From the NCBI GenBank assembly GCA_003707115.1, contig PPNB01000014.1, positions 1 through 64,000 of the forward strand: a DNA stretch of 64,000 nucleotides, given 5' to 3'. Of the stretch, positions 40,903-52,363 are shown in pieces; the first letter of the stretch is position 1; the number at the start of each line of letters is the position of its first letter. The notes beneath the pieces were generated by a model, which did no database searches, was not told the origin of the DNA, and saw only the letters and a program-made list of their open reading frames with translations. Made by a program: the position numbers and the translations under genes. This stretch comes from Tortispora ganteri. Lineage: Eukaryota.

Positions 40903-43767
40903 TTATCCACGTCGTTTTGAGGGAGGAACATATTTTTTCGGTTTACTGTCCGCAGCTGGCAGCGGAGACAGTCCGGAAGAAGTTGTCGATGTTGAAGCTG
41001 ATCCGGATCTGTCAGTTACACCATCTGTCGCTTTTCGTCGGAAAGATGGCACAAATACATTCGGTTTAGGTTGAGAGGCCGCAGTAGGACTACCTTGTCT
41101 AGCTCTTCTCTCGGCTTCCTCTTCGAATGCACGCTGTTTAGCCATTTGTGCATCCATCTTAGCTCTCTCGAGTTCCTTGGCTTTCTTGAACTCTTCTAGT
41201 TCCAATCTTTGCTTCTCCTTTGCGGCGGCAGCAGCAGCTTCTCGGGCTTTGCGATCTTCTTCAGCTTGCCGCTCAGCTTCCTCTTTAGCCCTGCGCTCTT
41301 CTTCTTCAGCCGCAATTCTAGCCTTGACTTCGGCTACACGCTGTGCTTTTGCAGCTTCGAGCTGAGCTATTGCATCTTGCTTCTTCTGTTCAATCTCCTT
41401 CGCCTTCTTAGCTCTAACTTTCTCGGAAAGGCTTAAAACGTCGTCACGAATGTGACTGAGTCTATCGCGCATAGCAACTTGTTCTTCGTGCTCGTGCTTG
41501 CTCTTCTCCACAATAGCTTTGTATCGTCTAGCATGGTGTTCTTTGTCTTCGAGCTTCTGCTTCTCGTAATCAGCAATGATAAGAGGCTCGGCCTCTCGGC
41601 GAAATGCACGTTCAAGGTAATCCAATCTCTTTGCAACAAGCTTGGTCTTATTAGCCATTTCTCGGCTTTCTTTTTTCAATTGCTCAACTTGAATGTCATT
41701 AATCGCATGCGTATCTAAATCCTTAATAGCATCCAAATCAATCTTAATACCTTTAGCAATCATCTCGTTAGCAATTCTCTTTTTCTCTTCCATTTCAATG
41801 GCCACCTTTTCTCGTTCGCGTAGTTCAGCCTCTCGCTTTTGCTGTTCTTCAGTTTGACGCTGTCGTTCACGCTCAGCTTCCTCTTGCATGCGTTGTCTGC
41901 GAGCTTCAGCTTCCTCTTCTTCACGTTTGGCCTTGAGCTGTTTGGCCTCTTCGCGTCGCTTTTCAACAAGTACCTTGCGACGAATCGCTTGCTTGTGTTC
42001 GGCTTCGACACCGTCCTTAGCACTCAAGGCACGATCTAAAGCCTGCTTCTTGAGTCGTTCGCGTTCGTTGATGAAATCTTGGTCAACTTCAGTCAAGGCG
42101 CGGAACACGGCCTTACCGACACTCGAGATTTGATGGTGAACCATCTCGGCGGGAGTCTCCTGCAACAGCGCAGCGCCTTTAGCGTGGTTATTTACCATCG
42201 CGAAGACGTCAGCTTCAAAGGTATAGAGTTTTTGCACGTGGTCAATTCGAATAGAAATACCGCCAGTCTTGGACTGTGACACAATAAAACGTTCAAGCTC
42301 GACATCTGAGATCTCTAGAGGAGCAGGGAAACGGACAAGACGACGAACAAATTCAAACTTCACACAATCGTATATCTGGGCAAGTTGTTGGAACAAACGA
42401 GTAAGGATGACATTCTGAAGAGGCTTTAAGTAGCTAGAGAAATCGGCACTTTCAGTCTTCTCGATACTGCTAAGGAAGTTGATGATAGGATTGATGCGAT
42501 CAGCAATCAAGATGGGGTGGAAATCAGTTTCCAGAATAGCATAAAGCTCACGAACCTCAGGCCAGGCTCTGGAAATAATGCTCTTGTTAATAACATCCTT
42601 CAGCAGCGCAGAACGAGTGGGTGGTTTGGCAACGTTGAGGAGGCCAGACAAACGGGCAGTCTTATGGCGAGATTCGTCAGTGTCCAAGAATGATGCAGGA
42701 TCAGATGAATCAATGACATGGTTAGCGCCGGTGACTCTTCCGGTTGAGTCGGAGTTATCCGGGATCGCGAGCGCTGAGAGCAAGACCAAGGAAGCAAGTT
42801 TAGCTTGCTCTTCTGTGGAGATAGAAGTCTCATCACCGCCAATACGGTGAGATTGTCTAAGCAGTTGGTAAAACTTGTTCAATGCTGCAGCATGGTAGAG
42901 GAAGTTATTGGACATGAGAAAAATGCGAGCGAGTTTCTCGAAATAAGTAGCCATCATAGCAGGTTTTACTGCCTGTTTCGAAATAGTCAGTAGGGTGTGA
43001 ATATCTTCTACCGATCTGAAGGCCTCTTGCCACAATTCCAAATCGACGGCAACTTTAAGCTGTTCGAATCGAATTTCCAGATGACGCTCGAAAGTTTTCG
43101 CGTTGCTTAGGTCAATAGAGTGGCTCTGAGAAGTGTAACGAACGGCGTTCTGGAGATGATTTCTAAGCATTTCGCAGAGGCGTCTAAACTCAGCACGGCG
43201 ATTGTATTTCAAACAAAAAGCAAAAGTTCTCTGGGTCGTAGAGTGGTACATTGCTTCAAGACGGGAATTGTTCCGGAACGTTTCTAGGATCATGCGGTAT
43301 GACTCCCACAAGAACTTGAGCCACGGAGTAACGACAGTGCGATCTGTTCTATCTTTCGATTGCTCAGTTGAGACAGTCGCAAGCAACATATCCTCAGGGC
43401 TGGCACCTTCGTCGAGATCATCGACGTCTACGGCGAGCTCGTTGGCCTTGGTCTTAGCCTCTTCGAGTTTCTCTTCAGCCGCGTTCAAAAAACGTTCAAG
43501 AACAGTCTCAAGGGTAGTGACAGACGCATTTTGTGCTACGTTCTTGTACTGAAAAAATGCTTCTTTCGCTATATGGCTCTTTCTGAGTTCAACGCAGAGT
43601 TCCACAAGACGCAACATAATTGGTTCGAGCGTAGGGGTCGCGGAGTTCTTAGAACGCTTGGATACGATAGCATCGTGAAGCATCTGCAGCGCGGCTTCGC
43701 GTTGACCAACAGCGTTAAGTTCTTCAACCCGCTTAAGTAAGTTCTCGGGACGAGTATAAGGGGCCAT
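40903..43767 (-). CDS. TIF32: Translation initiation factor 3 subunit A
   Basis: RPENLLKR, PWLKFLWESYR and LELWQEAFRSVEDIH motifs; PCI domain and coiled-coil C-terminus. Confidence 0.97.
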   Translation of the reverse strand: MAPYTRPENLLKRVEELNAVGQREAALQMLHDAIVSKRSKNSATPTLEPIMLRLVELCVELRKSHIAKEAFFQYKNVAQNASVTTLETVLERFLNAAEEKLEEAKTKANELAVDVDDLDEGASPEDMLLATVSTEQSKDRTDRTVVTPWLKFLWESYRMILETFRNNSRLEAMYHSTTQRTFAFCLKYNRRAEFRRLCEMLRNHLQNAVRYTSQSHSIDLSNAKTFERHLEIRFEQLKVAVDLELWQEAFRSVEDIHTLLTISKQAVKPAMMATYFEKLARIFLMSNNFLYHAAALNKFYQLLRQSHRIGGDETSISTEEQAKLASLVLLSALAIPDNSDSTGRVTGANHVIDSSDPASFLDTDESRHKTARLSGLLNVAKPPTRSALLKDVINKSIISRAWPEVRELYAILETDFHPILIADRINPIINFLSSIEKTESADFSSYLKPLQNVILTRLFQQLAQIYDCVKFEFVRRLVRFPAPLEISDVELERFIVSQSKTGGISIRIDHVQKLYTFEADVFAMVNNHAKGAALLQETPAEMVHHQISSVGKAVFRALTEVDQDFINERERLKKQALDRALSAKDGVEAEHKQAIRRKVLVEKRREEAKQLKAKREEEEAEARRQRMQEEAERERQRQTEEQQKREAELREREKVAIEMEEKKRIANEMIAKGIKIDLDAIKDLDTHAINDIQVEQLKKESREMANKTKLVAKRLDYLERAFRREAEPLIIADYEKQKLEDKEHHARRYKAIVEKSKHEHEEQVAMRDRLSHIRDDVLSLSEKVRAKKAKEIEQKKQDAIAQLEAAKAQRVAEVKARIAAEEEERRAKEEAERQAEEDRKAREAAAAAAKEKQRLELEEFKKAKELERAKMDAQMAKQRAFEEEAERRARQGSPTAASQPKPNVFVPSFRRKATDGVTDRSGSASTSTTSSGLSPLPAADSKPKKYVPPSKRRG

Positions 43768-43926
43768 TTCGAATTAAAATGCTGGTCTTTTCTTTCTTTG
43801 CTAGAAAAGAATGAGGTAAGGAAAAATTCAAGGGCCATCAAAGTTTGCTCGTGTAGCAACAATTTTTGAGCCATTGCTATGGTTACATTGAATACAATTG
43901 AAGTTACCTGGACAAGCAAGGAATAG

Positions 43927-43936
43927 TATATACATG
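43927..43936 (-). promoter_or_regulatory. Puf3 element in the SHY1 3' UTR
   Basis: The minus strand reads CATGTATATA (CNUGUAHAUA), about 77 nt after the stop. Confidence 0.5.
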
Positions 43937-44012
43937 AAAATGTTAGTGTAATGGGCTAGGATATGATGATGAATCCAGAGATAAGATTTCAAATGAGACA
44001 ATAATTGCGTAT

Positions 44013-44918
44013 TTAATTGAATATGCGCCTATGATGGGCGAGTTTTGCTTCTAGCGTTGAGGGTCCCTTTCTGAGTGTAAGGGCCAGCATTATGGAGGAA
44101 GCTAGACAGATACCGTACCAAGTAAATATGTAGCTGACGTGCTGATTTCGGTAGTTAACAACGGCAGGAAATCCCAGAGGTATACCATGCCGTATTCTGT
44201 GTATAAGCTCTGATTGCATTACTTCTTTGCGGTTTGATGGTTCAAGCTCGAAAATGCACACACGCTGGCTGCCAACATGGTCTGCCATTTCTGCGATATT
44301 CAACTGAAAGTACTCGTTCTTTTCCGGATTATTCGCATAATTGAATATGCTATCGGAAGGAGGAGGGTTGCGTATCAAGCCTACTATTTTCACGTTACCC
44401 TTTGGCAAACTAGCGGCCGGTCTGCTCGCTTGATCTGCGAGGTCGTGGCTTATCCAGCCTCTATTAATGAGAATAGTCGAACCGCCATTTTCCGATCGAT
44501 CGAGAGGTGTGATGACGTGGTATCCTCTTTGGCCTTCGTTTGTACGCGGACCCAGGAGCATTTCCTGATCATGACGGAACTTGCCTTCGACTTCGACCCG
44601 GCGGTACTCGAACTCCTTTAAAGCTGATTCATCAACTTTAGGCGGCAATTTCAAGATCGGTGCCGCAAGTTGGTCTTCAGCAGATGCGATCAGGTCTTGT
44701 TTCCAGGAGAGTCTTTGCACCTGCCATGTTCCGAGACCAAAAGTGACGATGGGCATGAGCCACAAAATGCCCAAGTACATGTTGTTCGCAAGTGAGAACT
44801 TTTTCTTTGATTTTGTAGTAGTTCCCCATTCAATTGAGGACGAATAGGACTTGTACGAGGCTCGAATTGGGCCGCATTTCGCAATCCGCGGAAGGATCAG
44901 TGCCCTTTTGGCTAGCAT
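44013..44918 (-). CDS. SHY1: Cytochrome c oxidase assembly factor Shy1/SURF1
   Basis: LGTWQVQRL.WK, LINRGWI and NQH.SYIFTWY motifs. Confidence 0.95.
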   Translation of the reverse strand: MLAKRALILPRIAKCGPIRASYKSYSSSIEWGTTTKSKKKFSLANNMYLGILWLMPIVTFGLGTWQVQRLSWKQDLIASAEDQLAAPILKLPPKVDESALKEFEYRRVEVEGKFRHDQEMLLGPRTNEGQRGYHVITPLDRSENGGSTILINRGWISHDLADQASRPAASLPKGNVKIVGLIRNPPPSDSIFNYANNPEKNEYFQLNIAEMADHVGSQRVCIFELEPSNRKEVMQSELIHRIRHGIPLGFPAVVNYRNQHVSYIFTWYGICLASSIMLALTLRKGPSTLEAKLAHHRRIFN

Positions 44919-45826
44919 GATGACCGCTGTGTGAAAAGGGCAGGAATAGGTACTGGCGGGGTGAAGGGTGGAGGAGGGAGGTGCTACCTAGCAACATTGT
45001 AGCCGTAGATCAGTTTCTTCAGCTGCAGAGGGTAATAAAAGAGAAGTAACGAAGATAAATTGTGCGTGCAATTGTCTGGAATGCCAAAGATAGATATTTT
45101 GCTATTACAACAAATTGATATGAGCGATAGGGTTGCAGCTGCAAGTGTTAGTGTAAAAAAAAGACACAGGCTAGTATAGTTTAATTTACGTTCGTTACCA
45201 TGATAGAAGGCTATCACTATTTTGACGTAGCTACAGGGATTTGTAGCTTATAGACAAGTAAATCCACAAAATATAAATTGCATAATACCGGCTAGAGTCT
45301 GTTCGCAAGTCTCTTAGCAAGCGTGAACGCACAACGCGGGCAGATGCTGGTCATTAAGCTCGTGTGATCAACAATAGAGTTTGAATAGCAGCAGGCAAGG
45401 ATAGTAGCAGATTATTGTTAAAGAAGATATGAGGGCAAGAAAAAATGTATAATAACGCATCAAAGTACATCAAGGTATGCCATAGAATTGTACGCGGTTA
45501 GGATATCCAGTTATGGCGATTGAACCTGTCGGTTACGCTTCAGAGCTAGACCGTCAAATCAGCAGGCATAATGTGTTGTTGCTACTATAGACATTCGCGA
45601 CAGAATATCGTGCAGGCCGATGCAGTAGTTGTACGTCAATCAATTAACTAACTCATTTAATAACCATTATAATTATTTATCTCAGAGATTTAGCTAGATA
45701 TATAATTTTACGCTTGCTTATTGAGTGTTTCTTGCTTGTCTGGCTAGTTCAGACAGATCGGAAAGTTTAATTTTGACTGGTATCTTTAGTGCATCCGGCC
45801 AGCATGTGCAACTAGTTCCAACCGTC

Positions 45827-47104
45827 ATGTTGTCCATGATCGAAGACGTGCAGGACGCCGTACAGCAGGCTGTGACCAGAAAATGTGTGCTGTTGGTTGT
45901 TTATGCAGGTAAGTGACTTATTTGCAAATTTCTCGTCCTGGAACCAAAAACTAACAGGCTTCTAGCCGATGACTCTATCGGCGCCTCATTTATCGGCAAT
46001 TTTCTTGACACTGTTGAAGACCTCGTCACAAAGCACGTTGTTTTACGTATTCGACCCGACACAGTCGCAGAATCAAGTTTTTTCCAGATATTTCCGCGCC
46101 ACGACGCACCAGCGTTGTATGCGATCAGGGGCGCGCGCGTACTGGGTGTGTTTAGTACGGAGAATAGCTCCTCTTCATTCCGAGCGCAGATCGAACAGTT
46201 GTTGGAAGCAGAACCAGAACCAGCATCAGCACCGGCATTGGAAGCGGAAAGCGAACCGGTGCCGGTACATCAGTCATCGAGTTCGCCTCCAAGCAGTAAC
46301 ACGAATCCCACCCCGTCCAGTGCGCGGGCAACTAACGATTTCATCAAAGAACGCCAGCGGAACGAGCAGGCACGTCAGCGGGTTCTGAGACTTCTGCATG
46401 AGGATAGACTGGAACAACAGGCGCGAGAGAAACGTGAAAGACAGATACACGAGTCACTAAAGCGCGAGGAAACGGAACAGGAACCTGTATCGTCATTTCA
46501 CCGCCCTGCGTCGGCAGTAGCCATTGTGGTTAGGCTGTTTGATGGTAGAACTGTTAAATCAACATTCAGAAGAGACCAAACGCTGGGTGATATTAGAGAA
46601 TGGATTGAACAACAGCTAGACATTTCATATCCGCCGTTTTCATTGCATTGTACGCATCTAAGACGAATGTTTTCAGATGTCGATGAACTGAAGACTCTAC
46701 AAGAACTGGATCTATATCCGTCAGCCACGATCACCTTGCGGCCGGTCCCCACATATACTACGGTGCAGAACCAGTGGTCAATAGGTGACAGCCTAACACG
46801 GGGCGTGAGCTCGGTAACGAATGCGATATCAATATTTCTAGGTCTTAATTACACGCCGCAGCATGCATCGCCTGCGCCAGGGTCGTCTTCGGGGACTACT
46901 ACAGGCCCCGCCACATCCTCTTCGGGTACTACAACACCAGTATCTGCGGTGGAAGAGCTGCAAATGCCGACTGTTGCTAGCAGGGCAGGAAGCTCGAACA
47001 AAATTCAAACGCTCGATGACCACGATCCGAACAAAGAAGAACGCAAGACGTACAATGGTAACCAACTGAGTGTTGAGGATAACAAGGGCGACAACGAAGA
47101 CTGA
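45827..47104 (+). CDS. UBX7: UBX domain protein (Ubx7/UBXN4-like); exons 45827-45908 and 45966-47104, 406 aa
   Basis: The intron joins two ORF-track fragments in frame. UBX domain (VRLFDG..TLQELDLYPSATI) and C-terminal TYNGNQL motif. Confidence 0.82.
45909..45965 (+). other. Spliceosomal intron of the UBX gene (57 nt)
   Basis: GTAAGT donor, AACTAAC branch point, TAG acceptor; frame restored. Confidence 0.85.
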
Positions 47105-47165
47105 ATACGACACGCATAGACAATTCAAAAGGAGAAAAGAAAAAAGAGAAACATTGTGTGGTATA

Positions 47166-48428
47166 TCAATCGGGCTGCTGTTCGAGAGGAAGGTTGAGTT
47201 CTTCAGAGGATACTTTGCAATGTTTGATTTCATGAGCTAATGACCGTAAGACATTGTCGGAAGCGGACTGGATCCAGGATGCGTAATCATCGAATATAAT
47301 TTTGTTATAGACATATCGGACGTCATGCCAGGCGAATCTGTCGCGAACAGCCAGGAGAACTGACAAGATACGTCTTCGTCCACCTCTGAGTATCGCGTAG
47401 ACGTCTTCCCAGCACTTTTCGACGAGGTCGAGAGACCTATAGAGAGGGTATATTATTGCTCTTCTTGTTGTTGCAATTTTAATATCCCTGACAGTGTGGA
47501 ACATGTTGTCGAGTGCTGAGACGTTTGGTGCAAGTCGGCCTATTGTCCAGGCGGACTCGATGGTGGGGTCATTGAATGTGGTGCGGACGTCGTAAGCGTA
47601 GCCGAAAAGAATAGGTACTAGACACAGGTACGTAGACTTGACATCATCCAAGAGGTACTGCCTTTTCGGCAACGCCTGCATTTGTAGTTTTTCGGCCTCT
47701 GTGAACTGGTACGCGGGCAGATGGTGAGTGTCATTAGAGGCTTCCCAGTCGAGGAACTGTTGTGTGATGGGCGGCACGTAGGACAGAAATGGGGCTATAG
47801 TTTCAGTATCGTTTGTATCTGCGAGAAAATAAGATAGGTTGAACTTCGCATTTTCTGATTCTATACGTTGCGCCCGGCGAGATTGCGGTGTGGACGACTC
47901 TGCGTCAGTGAGCGTAATTATAGTATCCTCTTGCAGCTGGTAGTATTCCGAATAGCTATTGTTGAAACCGTAATGTGCTTTAGGGCGAAGTGTATCCTCG
48001 TCATCAACAGGCAATGATTGATCGATTTCCCAGTTGAAGTTTTCTGCCTCTTCGTAGATCTGTTTTAGGCGGTCCAATGGGTCCATAGTGTCTAATTCAG
48101 CGATCAGACCTGCTTTGGGTTTAGTGGCAGGCTCATTGACGCGCGCGAGAAGTTTTGTGTGTAGATCAAGATCTTCAAAATGTTCACCAAACGTCCTTTT
48201 GGGCACAACGATTGCCAATATGCTCGTCGACAAATTATACGAGGCTTTGACCTCTTCGCCCACGAGGTCGCCGGGAAACCGCAGCCGTAGGTAGTATGGT
48301 GTGTAATGAAAGACAAGTAGGTTCTCAGTGACGTCGAGTTGAACATCTGAAGATCGTAGAGCGGTCGCTTTAATATTTACGTACACATTTGTGTCATCTT
48401 GCGAGACTTCAAACCGCGGCGTGATCAT
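47166..48428 (-). CDS. SHQ1: H/ACA snoRNP assembly factor Shq1
   Basis: MITPRF CS domain; PYYLRLRFP, YGFNN and ESAWTIGRL..RRAIIYPLYR motifs. Confidence 0.95.
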   Translation of the reverse strand: MITPRFEVSQDDTNVYVNIKATALRSSDVQLDVTENLLVFHYTPYYLRLRFPGDLVGEEVKASYNLSTSILAIVVPKRTFGEHFEDLDLHTKLLARVNEPATKPKAGLIAELDTMDPLDRLKQIYEEAENFNWEIDQSLPVDDEDTLRPKAHYGFNNSYSEYYQLQEDTIITLTDAESSTPQSRRAQRIESENAKFNLSYFLADTNDTETIAPFLSYVPPITQQFLDWEASNDTHHLPAYQFTEAEKLQMQALPKRQYLLDDVKSTYLCLVPILFGYAYDVRTTFNDPTIESAWTIGRLAPNVSALDNMFHTVRDIKIATTRRAIIYPLYRSLDLVEKCWEDVYAILRGGRRRILSVLLAVRDRFAWHDVRYVYNKIIFDDYASWIQSASDNVLRSLAHEIKHCKVSSEELNLPLEQQPD

Positions 48429-48550
48429 TTATGGGCGAAGGTGTTATTTTGTACCCTAGGTCGTGAAGGGTAAATCAAATTAATCGAAAGTGTAGCTGGC
48501 TCCCACCACCCCCGTCAAGACCTTTTGATCTTTTCCTTTCACCGGCACCA

Positions 48551-49207
48551 ATGCTTGGAAGACTATGGCGAAACACAAAGTCGGGGCTCAGCAGGGCCCC
48601 TGAAATATCCGTTCTTGACTTTTCGCGTCCTAACGAGATCAGCCAATGCATGGTACGTACCGACCAGGAGCTCGGTGGTTACTCTACTGCGAAACTTGAA
48701 ATTGATCCCGTTACAAAGACTGCCGCACATTTTCACGGCACACTTTCTACGCGGCTACCGGCGAACGATCCAAACATTACACGATCGGGGTTTGCCATGT
48801 TTCGCACGGTCGATGGTTCACTGCATGACTGGGAACATCTGGGCGCGCTAGCGCTAAGAGTACGTGGCGACCGACGCAAGTACATGGTCAATATTCAGAC
48901 AGAATCTGCTATCAACTCGGACCTATTTCAGCATCGATTGTTTTTACGCACATTTGGACAATGGGAGACTGTCATAATACCACTGCGTGATTTCGTTCTC
49001 ACCAATGGTGGCATCATCCAAGAGCAGCTTGCAATGGACACGGCCCGCGTCAGGACTGTCGGTATAGGTCTCATCGATAGAACAGATGGTCCATTTTCAC
49101 TCTATATTGATTGGATCAAGGCTATCAGTGATACCAAAGTGAACGAATACGGGTACAGACAAGGAGCTGACGACTCAAAGCCCGTGTCTATTGGCCAACG
49201 CATGTGA
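48551..49207 (+). CDS. CIA30: Complex I assembly factor CIA30/NDUFAF1
   Basis: DQELGGYS, RSGFAMFRT, LRVRGDRRKY.VN and GPFSLYIDWI motifs. Confidence 0.92.
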   Translation: MLGRLWRNTKSGLSRAPEISVLDFSRPNEISQCMVRTDQELGGYSTAKLEIDPVTKTAAHFHGTLSTRLPANDPNITRSGFAMFRTVDGSLHDWEHLGALALRVRGDRRKYMVNIQTESAINSDLFQHRLFLRTFGQWETVIIPLRDFVLTNGGIIQEQLAMDTARVRTVGIGLIDRTDGPFSLYIDWIKAISDTKVNEYGYRQGADDSKPVSIGQRM

Positions 49208-49271
49208 GAACATAATGCTATACTAACGAAAACTATAATTACATATATGTGCGCGGACTGTACCCGCTCCT

Positions 49272-50162
49272 TTATGGCGACCATTTCTCGCCCGTAAGCG
49301 TTTCGTATGCTTCAATGTATCGGGCCGCAGTCTGGTCGGCGATCTCTTGAGGCATAGACACGCCTGGCTGGCCCTTAAGACCCTGTTCGGTGAGCCAGTT
49401 GCGCAGAAATTGCTTGTCGTAGCTGTCAGGAGTAGTCCCAACTTTGTATTGGTCCGCGCGCCAGAACCGCGAAGAGTCGGGCGTTAGAACTTCGTCGACG
49501 AGCACAATAGTCCCGTCATCAGTGTAACCGAACTCGAACTTAGTGTCTGCTATAATGATTCCTTTGGTCTTAGCGTAGTCGCGCGCCTCACAGTAGAGCT
49601 TTATAGCGAGCGCTGCAATCTTTTCGGCGTTCTCCTTGCCTACGATCTCGGCAGCCTTGTCCGGGTGGATATTCTCGTCGTGTTCGCCCTGTTCAGCTTT
49701 GGTCGAGGGAGTAAACAGCGGCTTTTCTAGCATTGCGCTTTCTTCGAGCCCAGCAGGCAGCTTAATCCCATGGACGGTGCCTGTCTTTTTGTACTCGCTC
49801 CATGCAGAGCCCGTAAGGTAACCGCGGACAATGGCTTCAAGCGGAAACAGCTTGAATTTTTTGACAACAAGTGATCGACCTTTCAGGACTTCGCCCTGCG
49901 CCTTGACTGAATCTGGAACAAAATTGGGCAGCTCTGTCCCGACCAAATGATTCGGACATACATTTCCTAGCAAATTGAACCAGAAAACACTCATTGCCGT
50001 CAATATCTTGCCCTTATCCGGGATACCGTTTTCCATCACGACGTCGTAGGCCGATATCCTGTCGGTAGCAACAAATAGCAACAAATTGTCATTCAGCTCG
50101 TACACATCCCTGACTTTGCCCCGCGCTAATAGCGGTAAATTCAAATTGGTGCTCGTAATCAT
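49272..50162 (-). CDS. ADE1: SAICAR synthetase
   Basis: GKVRDVY, TDRISAYDV, IADTKFEFG and DEVLTPDSSRFW motifs. First ATG is at 50162. Confidence 0.97.
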   Translation of the reverse strand: MITSTNLNLPLLARGKVRDVYELNDNLLLFVATDRISAYDVVMENGIPDKGKILTAMSVFWFNLLGNVCPNHLVGTELPNFVPDSVKAQGEVLKGRSLVVKKFKLFPLEAIVRGYLTGSAWSEYKKTGTVHGIKLPAGLEESAMLEKPLFTPSTKAEQGEHDENIHPDKAAEIVGKENAEKIAALAIKLYCEARDYAKTKGIIIADTKFEFGYTDDGTIVLVDEVLTPDSSRFWRADQYKVGTTPDSYDKQFLRNWLTEQGLKGQPGVSMPQEIADQTAARYIEAYETLTGEKWSP

Positions 50163-50537
50163 TCTTTTTGAGGGAGCACTAAACTTATTAGTCTTGCAGC
50201 TAGAAAAATCCGTGATCTGACAATCTCTTATGTAGTAATTTTTGCACACCTTTTTTTTTAAACAGCAAGGGTTAAACTTTATGTGGATTAAGGTTTAGAA
50301 CTAATCTGCTCGACGATATCACACTAGCTCGGCAGCTCCGACGGACGCTGCACATTAAACATCGTACAAGATTATTAGAGAGGCTAATTGCTGTATGAAT
50401 TTTTGGAGCCAATAGCAGACCCTTGAATTTGTGTGCCGCAACAGAACTAGCAGTAGACACAGTTACTGGTGAACGTCCCAGTGACATTGACATTCACGTA
50501 GTTACACCTTCTCTACCTTCACCATCTGCCCTGGACT

Positions 50538-51701
50538 ATGAAATGGTTTACAGTAATCGTGGCCTTAGTGGGCATCCGGCTTCTACTGTTTTTATACTGT
50601 AAAGATCTTCTAGCTGTTTTGGAGAACAATGTCGCAATATCGACGCCATTGACTTCTTACCAGTACCTTCTTGAGGGTCTGTTCTACTACTCCCGCAATC
50701 TCGAGATATATAACGGCGGAATTTACCACCAGTCACCCGTACTGCTCTACATAATGAACCTATTAGACGCTACAGGATATATAGACGTTATTTCATACAT
50801 ACTCTGGATAACGCTTGACGTCGTCTCGGCACTCGCTCTCGCGTCCATGGACGACTTCCAACCGCTCACCGCTGTCATCTATCTTGCCAACCCGTTCACT
50901 ATTGCTTCGCTTCTTGCGCGCTCGACGCTCATATTTACCTCTACTGCGATATTGATATCGCTTGCCGCCGCTAAACGTCGCTGTGCTGTTCTCGCAATGA
51001 CCTTCCTCGCAGTGGCCACACACTTCAGCCTCTACCCGGCGGCGCTGCTACCACCTGTCATGTACTTGTCCATGGGTTCGCGGCTGTCGCTGTGCTCGTT
51101 TGCGAAGACATTTTTTATCTTTTTTGCTGCCACATCTACATGCTTAGCTCTCTCGTACACAATCACGGGATCATGGCACTTCCTCAGATTCTACAAAGTG
51201 TCGCTGCTCTTCCAGGAGCTCAAACCCAATATCGGCATATGGTGGTATTTCTTTGTCGAAATGTTCGACTTTTTTATGCCCTTCTTCTTGTCGGTGTTCA
51301 ATTTGCATGTATTCATATATTCGCTTCCTCTAACTATCAGGCTACGCCATGACCCGCTTTTTGCCGCCATCACCGTGCTCGGATTGCACGCTATGTTCAA
51401 GCCGTACCCGTCTATTGGCGACATTTCGCTTTACCTTTCATTGCTGCCATTGTACTCGCGCATATACACGCAACTTAAGTACGCGTGGGTTGCCTTACTG
51501 GCACTGGCCTATGCGAGTATCCTTACGCCTACGTTCTATAACCTGTGGATTGTGCTCGGTTCCGGCAATGCTAACTTTTTCTACGCGATCACGCTTACTT
51601 ACGTCATCGCTATGACCACTATTATATCTGATACATTATGGGCTGTTTTGCGGCTCCAGTTCGACGGAGGAGCGTCTACAAAGCAGGTTATTCAAATCTA
51701 A
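50538..51701 (+). CDS. GAB1: GPI transamidase subunit PIG-U
   Basis: PNIGIWWYFFVEMFDFF, FKPYPS.GD and GSGNANFFYA motifs. Confidence 0.95.
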   Translation: MKWFTVIVALVGIRLLLFLYCKDLLAVLENNVAISTPLTSYQYLLEGLFYYSRNLEIYNGGIYHQSPVLLYIMNLLDATGYIDVISYILWITLDVVSALALASMDDFQPLTAVIYLANPFTIASLLARSTLIFTSTAILISLAAAKRRCAVLAMTFLAVATHFSLYPAALLPPVMYLSMGSRLSLCSFAKTFFIFFAATSTCLALSYTITGSWHFLRFYKVSLLFQELKPNIGIWWYFFVEMFDFFMPFFLSVFNLHVFIYSLPLTIRLRHDPLFAAITVLGLHAMFKPYPSIGDISLYLSLLPLYSRIYTQLKYAWVALLALAYASILTPTFYNLWIVLGSGNANFFYAITLTYVIAMTTIISDTLWAVLRLQFDGGASTKQVIQI

Positions 51702-51733
51702 CCAGGGGAGAACGCTCTATACTACCTTCTTTT

Positions 51734-52363
51734 TCACGATTTCACATGGTTATTTCTTCTTGCGCGTTCTTCTGCGCGGCTTTGTGCTCTCAGTTTTTTC
51801 TGTTGCTTTTCGTGCTCTTTTGCTATTAGCTTGTCGTGTACCTTTTCGAGGATCAAATAGGGCGGGTCGATTGTTCGTCCGCGCAGCGAGGTTGGCTGTG
51901 GCGAGTGCTCTGCCACATGGTAGTCGCGCCGGCGGTACCAGTCGTTAGCTCGCGGATTGAACCGCGACACGGTCAACATAGATGGTATGTTTCTGTTGAG
52001 AGCTTCCTTTTCGAAATAGTCCAAGAGTAATGTGCCAAGACCTTGGTTGCTCCACTTAGGAGTCACGTGGATTTCATAACAATATAGAACATTTTTGTCG
52101 TTTTCTGTCGTGTCCATGTAGCTGATAAATCCTACCACACGGTCATTCCAGTCTGTGAGCCAGAGGTATCGTAAACCTTCTTCTTTCATTTCGTGCAGTT
52201 TGGCTCGTTCATCAATCTTCTCATTTTTCTTAAAGATGCCCTTGAGGTTACTCAGAACTAGCTCGTAGCACTGTGTAAATACGTCTTCTGGCACTTTCTC
52301 AACGGGTTCTTCATGGGCGACAAGTTCAATTGCACTGACGCGTTTTTGGAGCGCTGCTAGCAT
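51734..52363 (-). CDS. NAT4: N-alpha-acetyltransferase 40 (NatD)
   Basis: K..EM, VLYCYEIHV..QGLG, MLTV..N..A, HSP and Y.ILEK motifs. Confidence 0.85.
   Translation of the reverse strand: MLAALQKRVSAIELVAHEEPVEKVPEDVFTQCYELVLSNLKGIFKKNEKIDERAKLHEMKEEGLRYLWLTDWNDRVVGFISYMDTTENDKNVLYCYEIHVTPKWSNQGLGTLLLDYFEKEALNRNIPSMLTVSRFNPRANDWYRRRDYHVAEHSPQPTSLRGRTIDPPYLILEKVHDKLIAKEHEKQQKKLRAQSRAEERARRNNHVKS

Noticed and set aside
44984..45720. 77-aa minus-strand ORF or ncRNA in the SHY1-UBX spacer
   Set aside because: Non-ATG start, no homology, and no C/D box pair or tRNA boxes seen.
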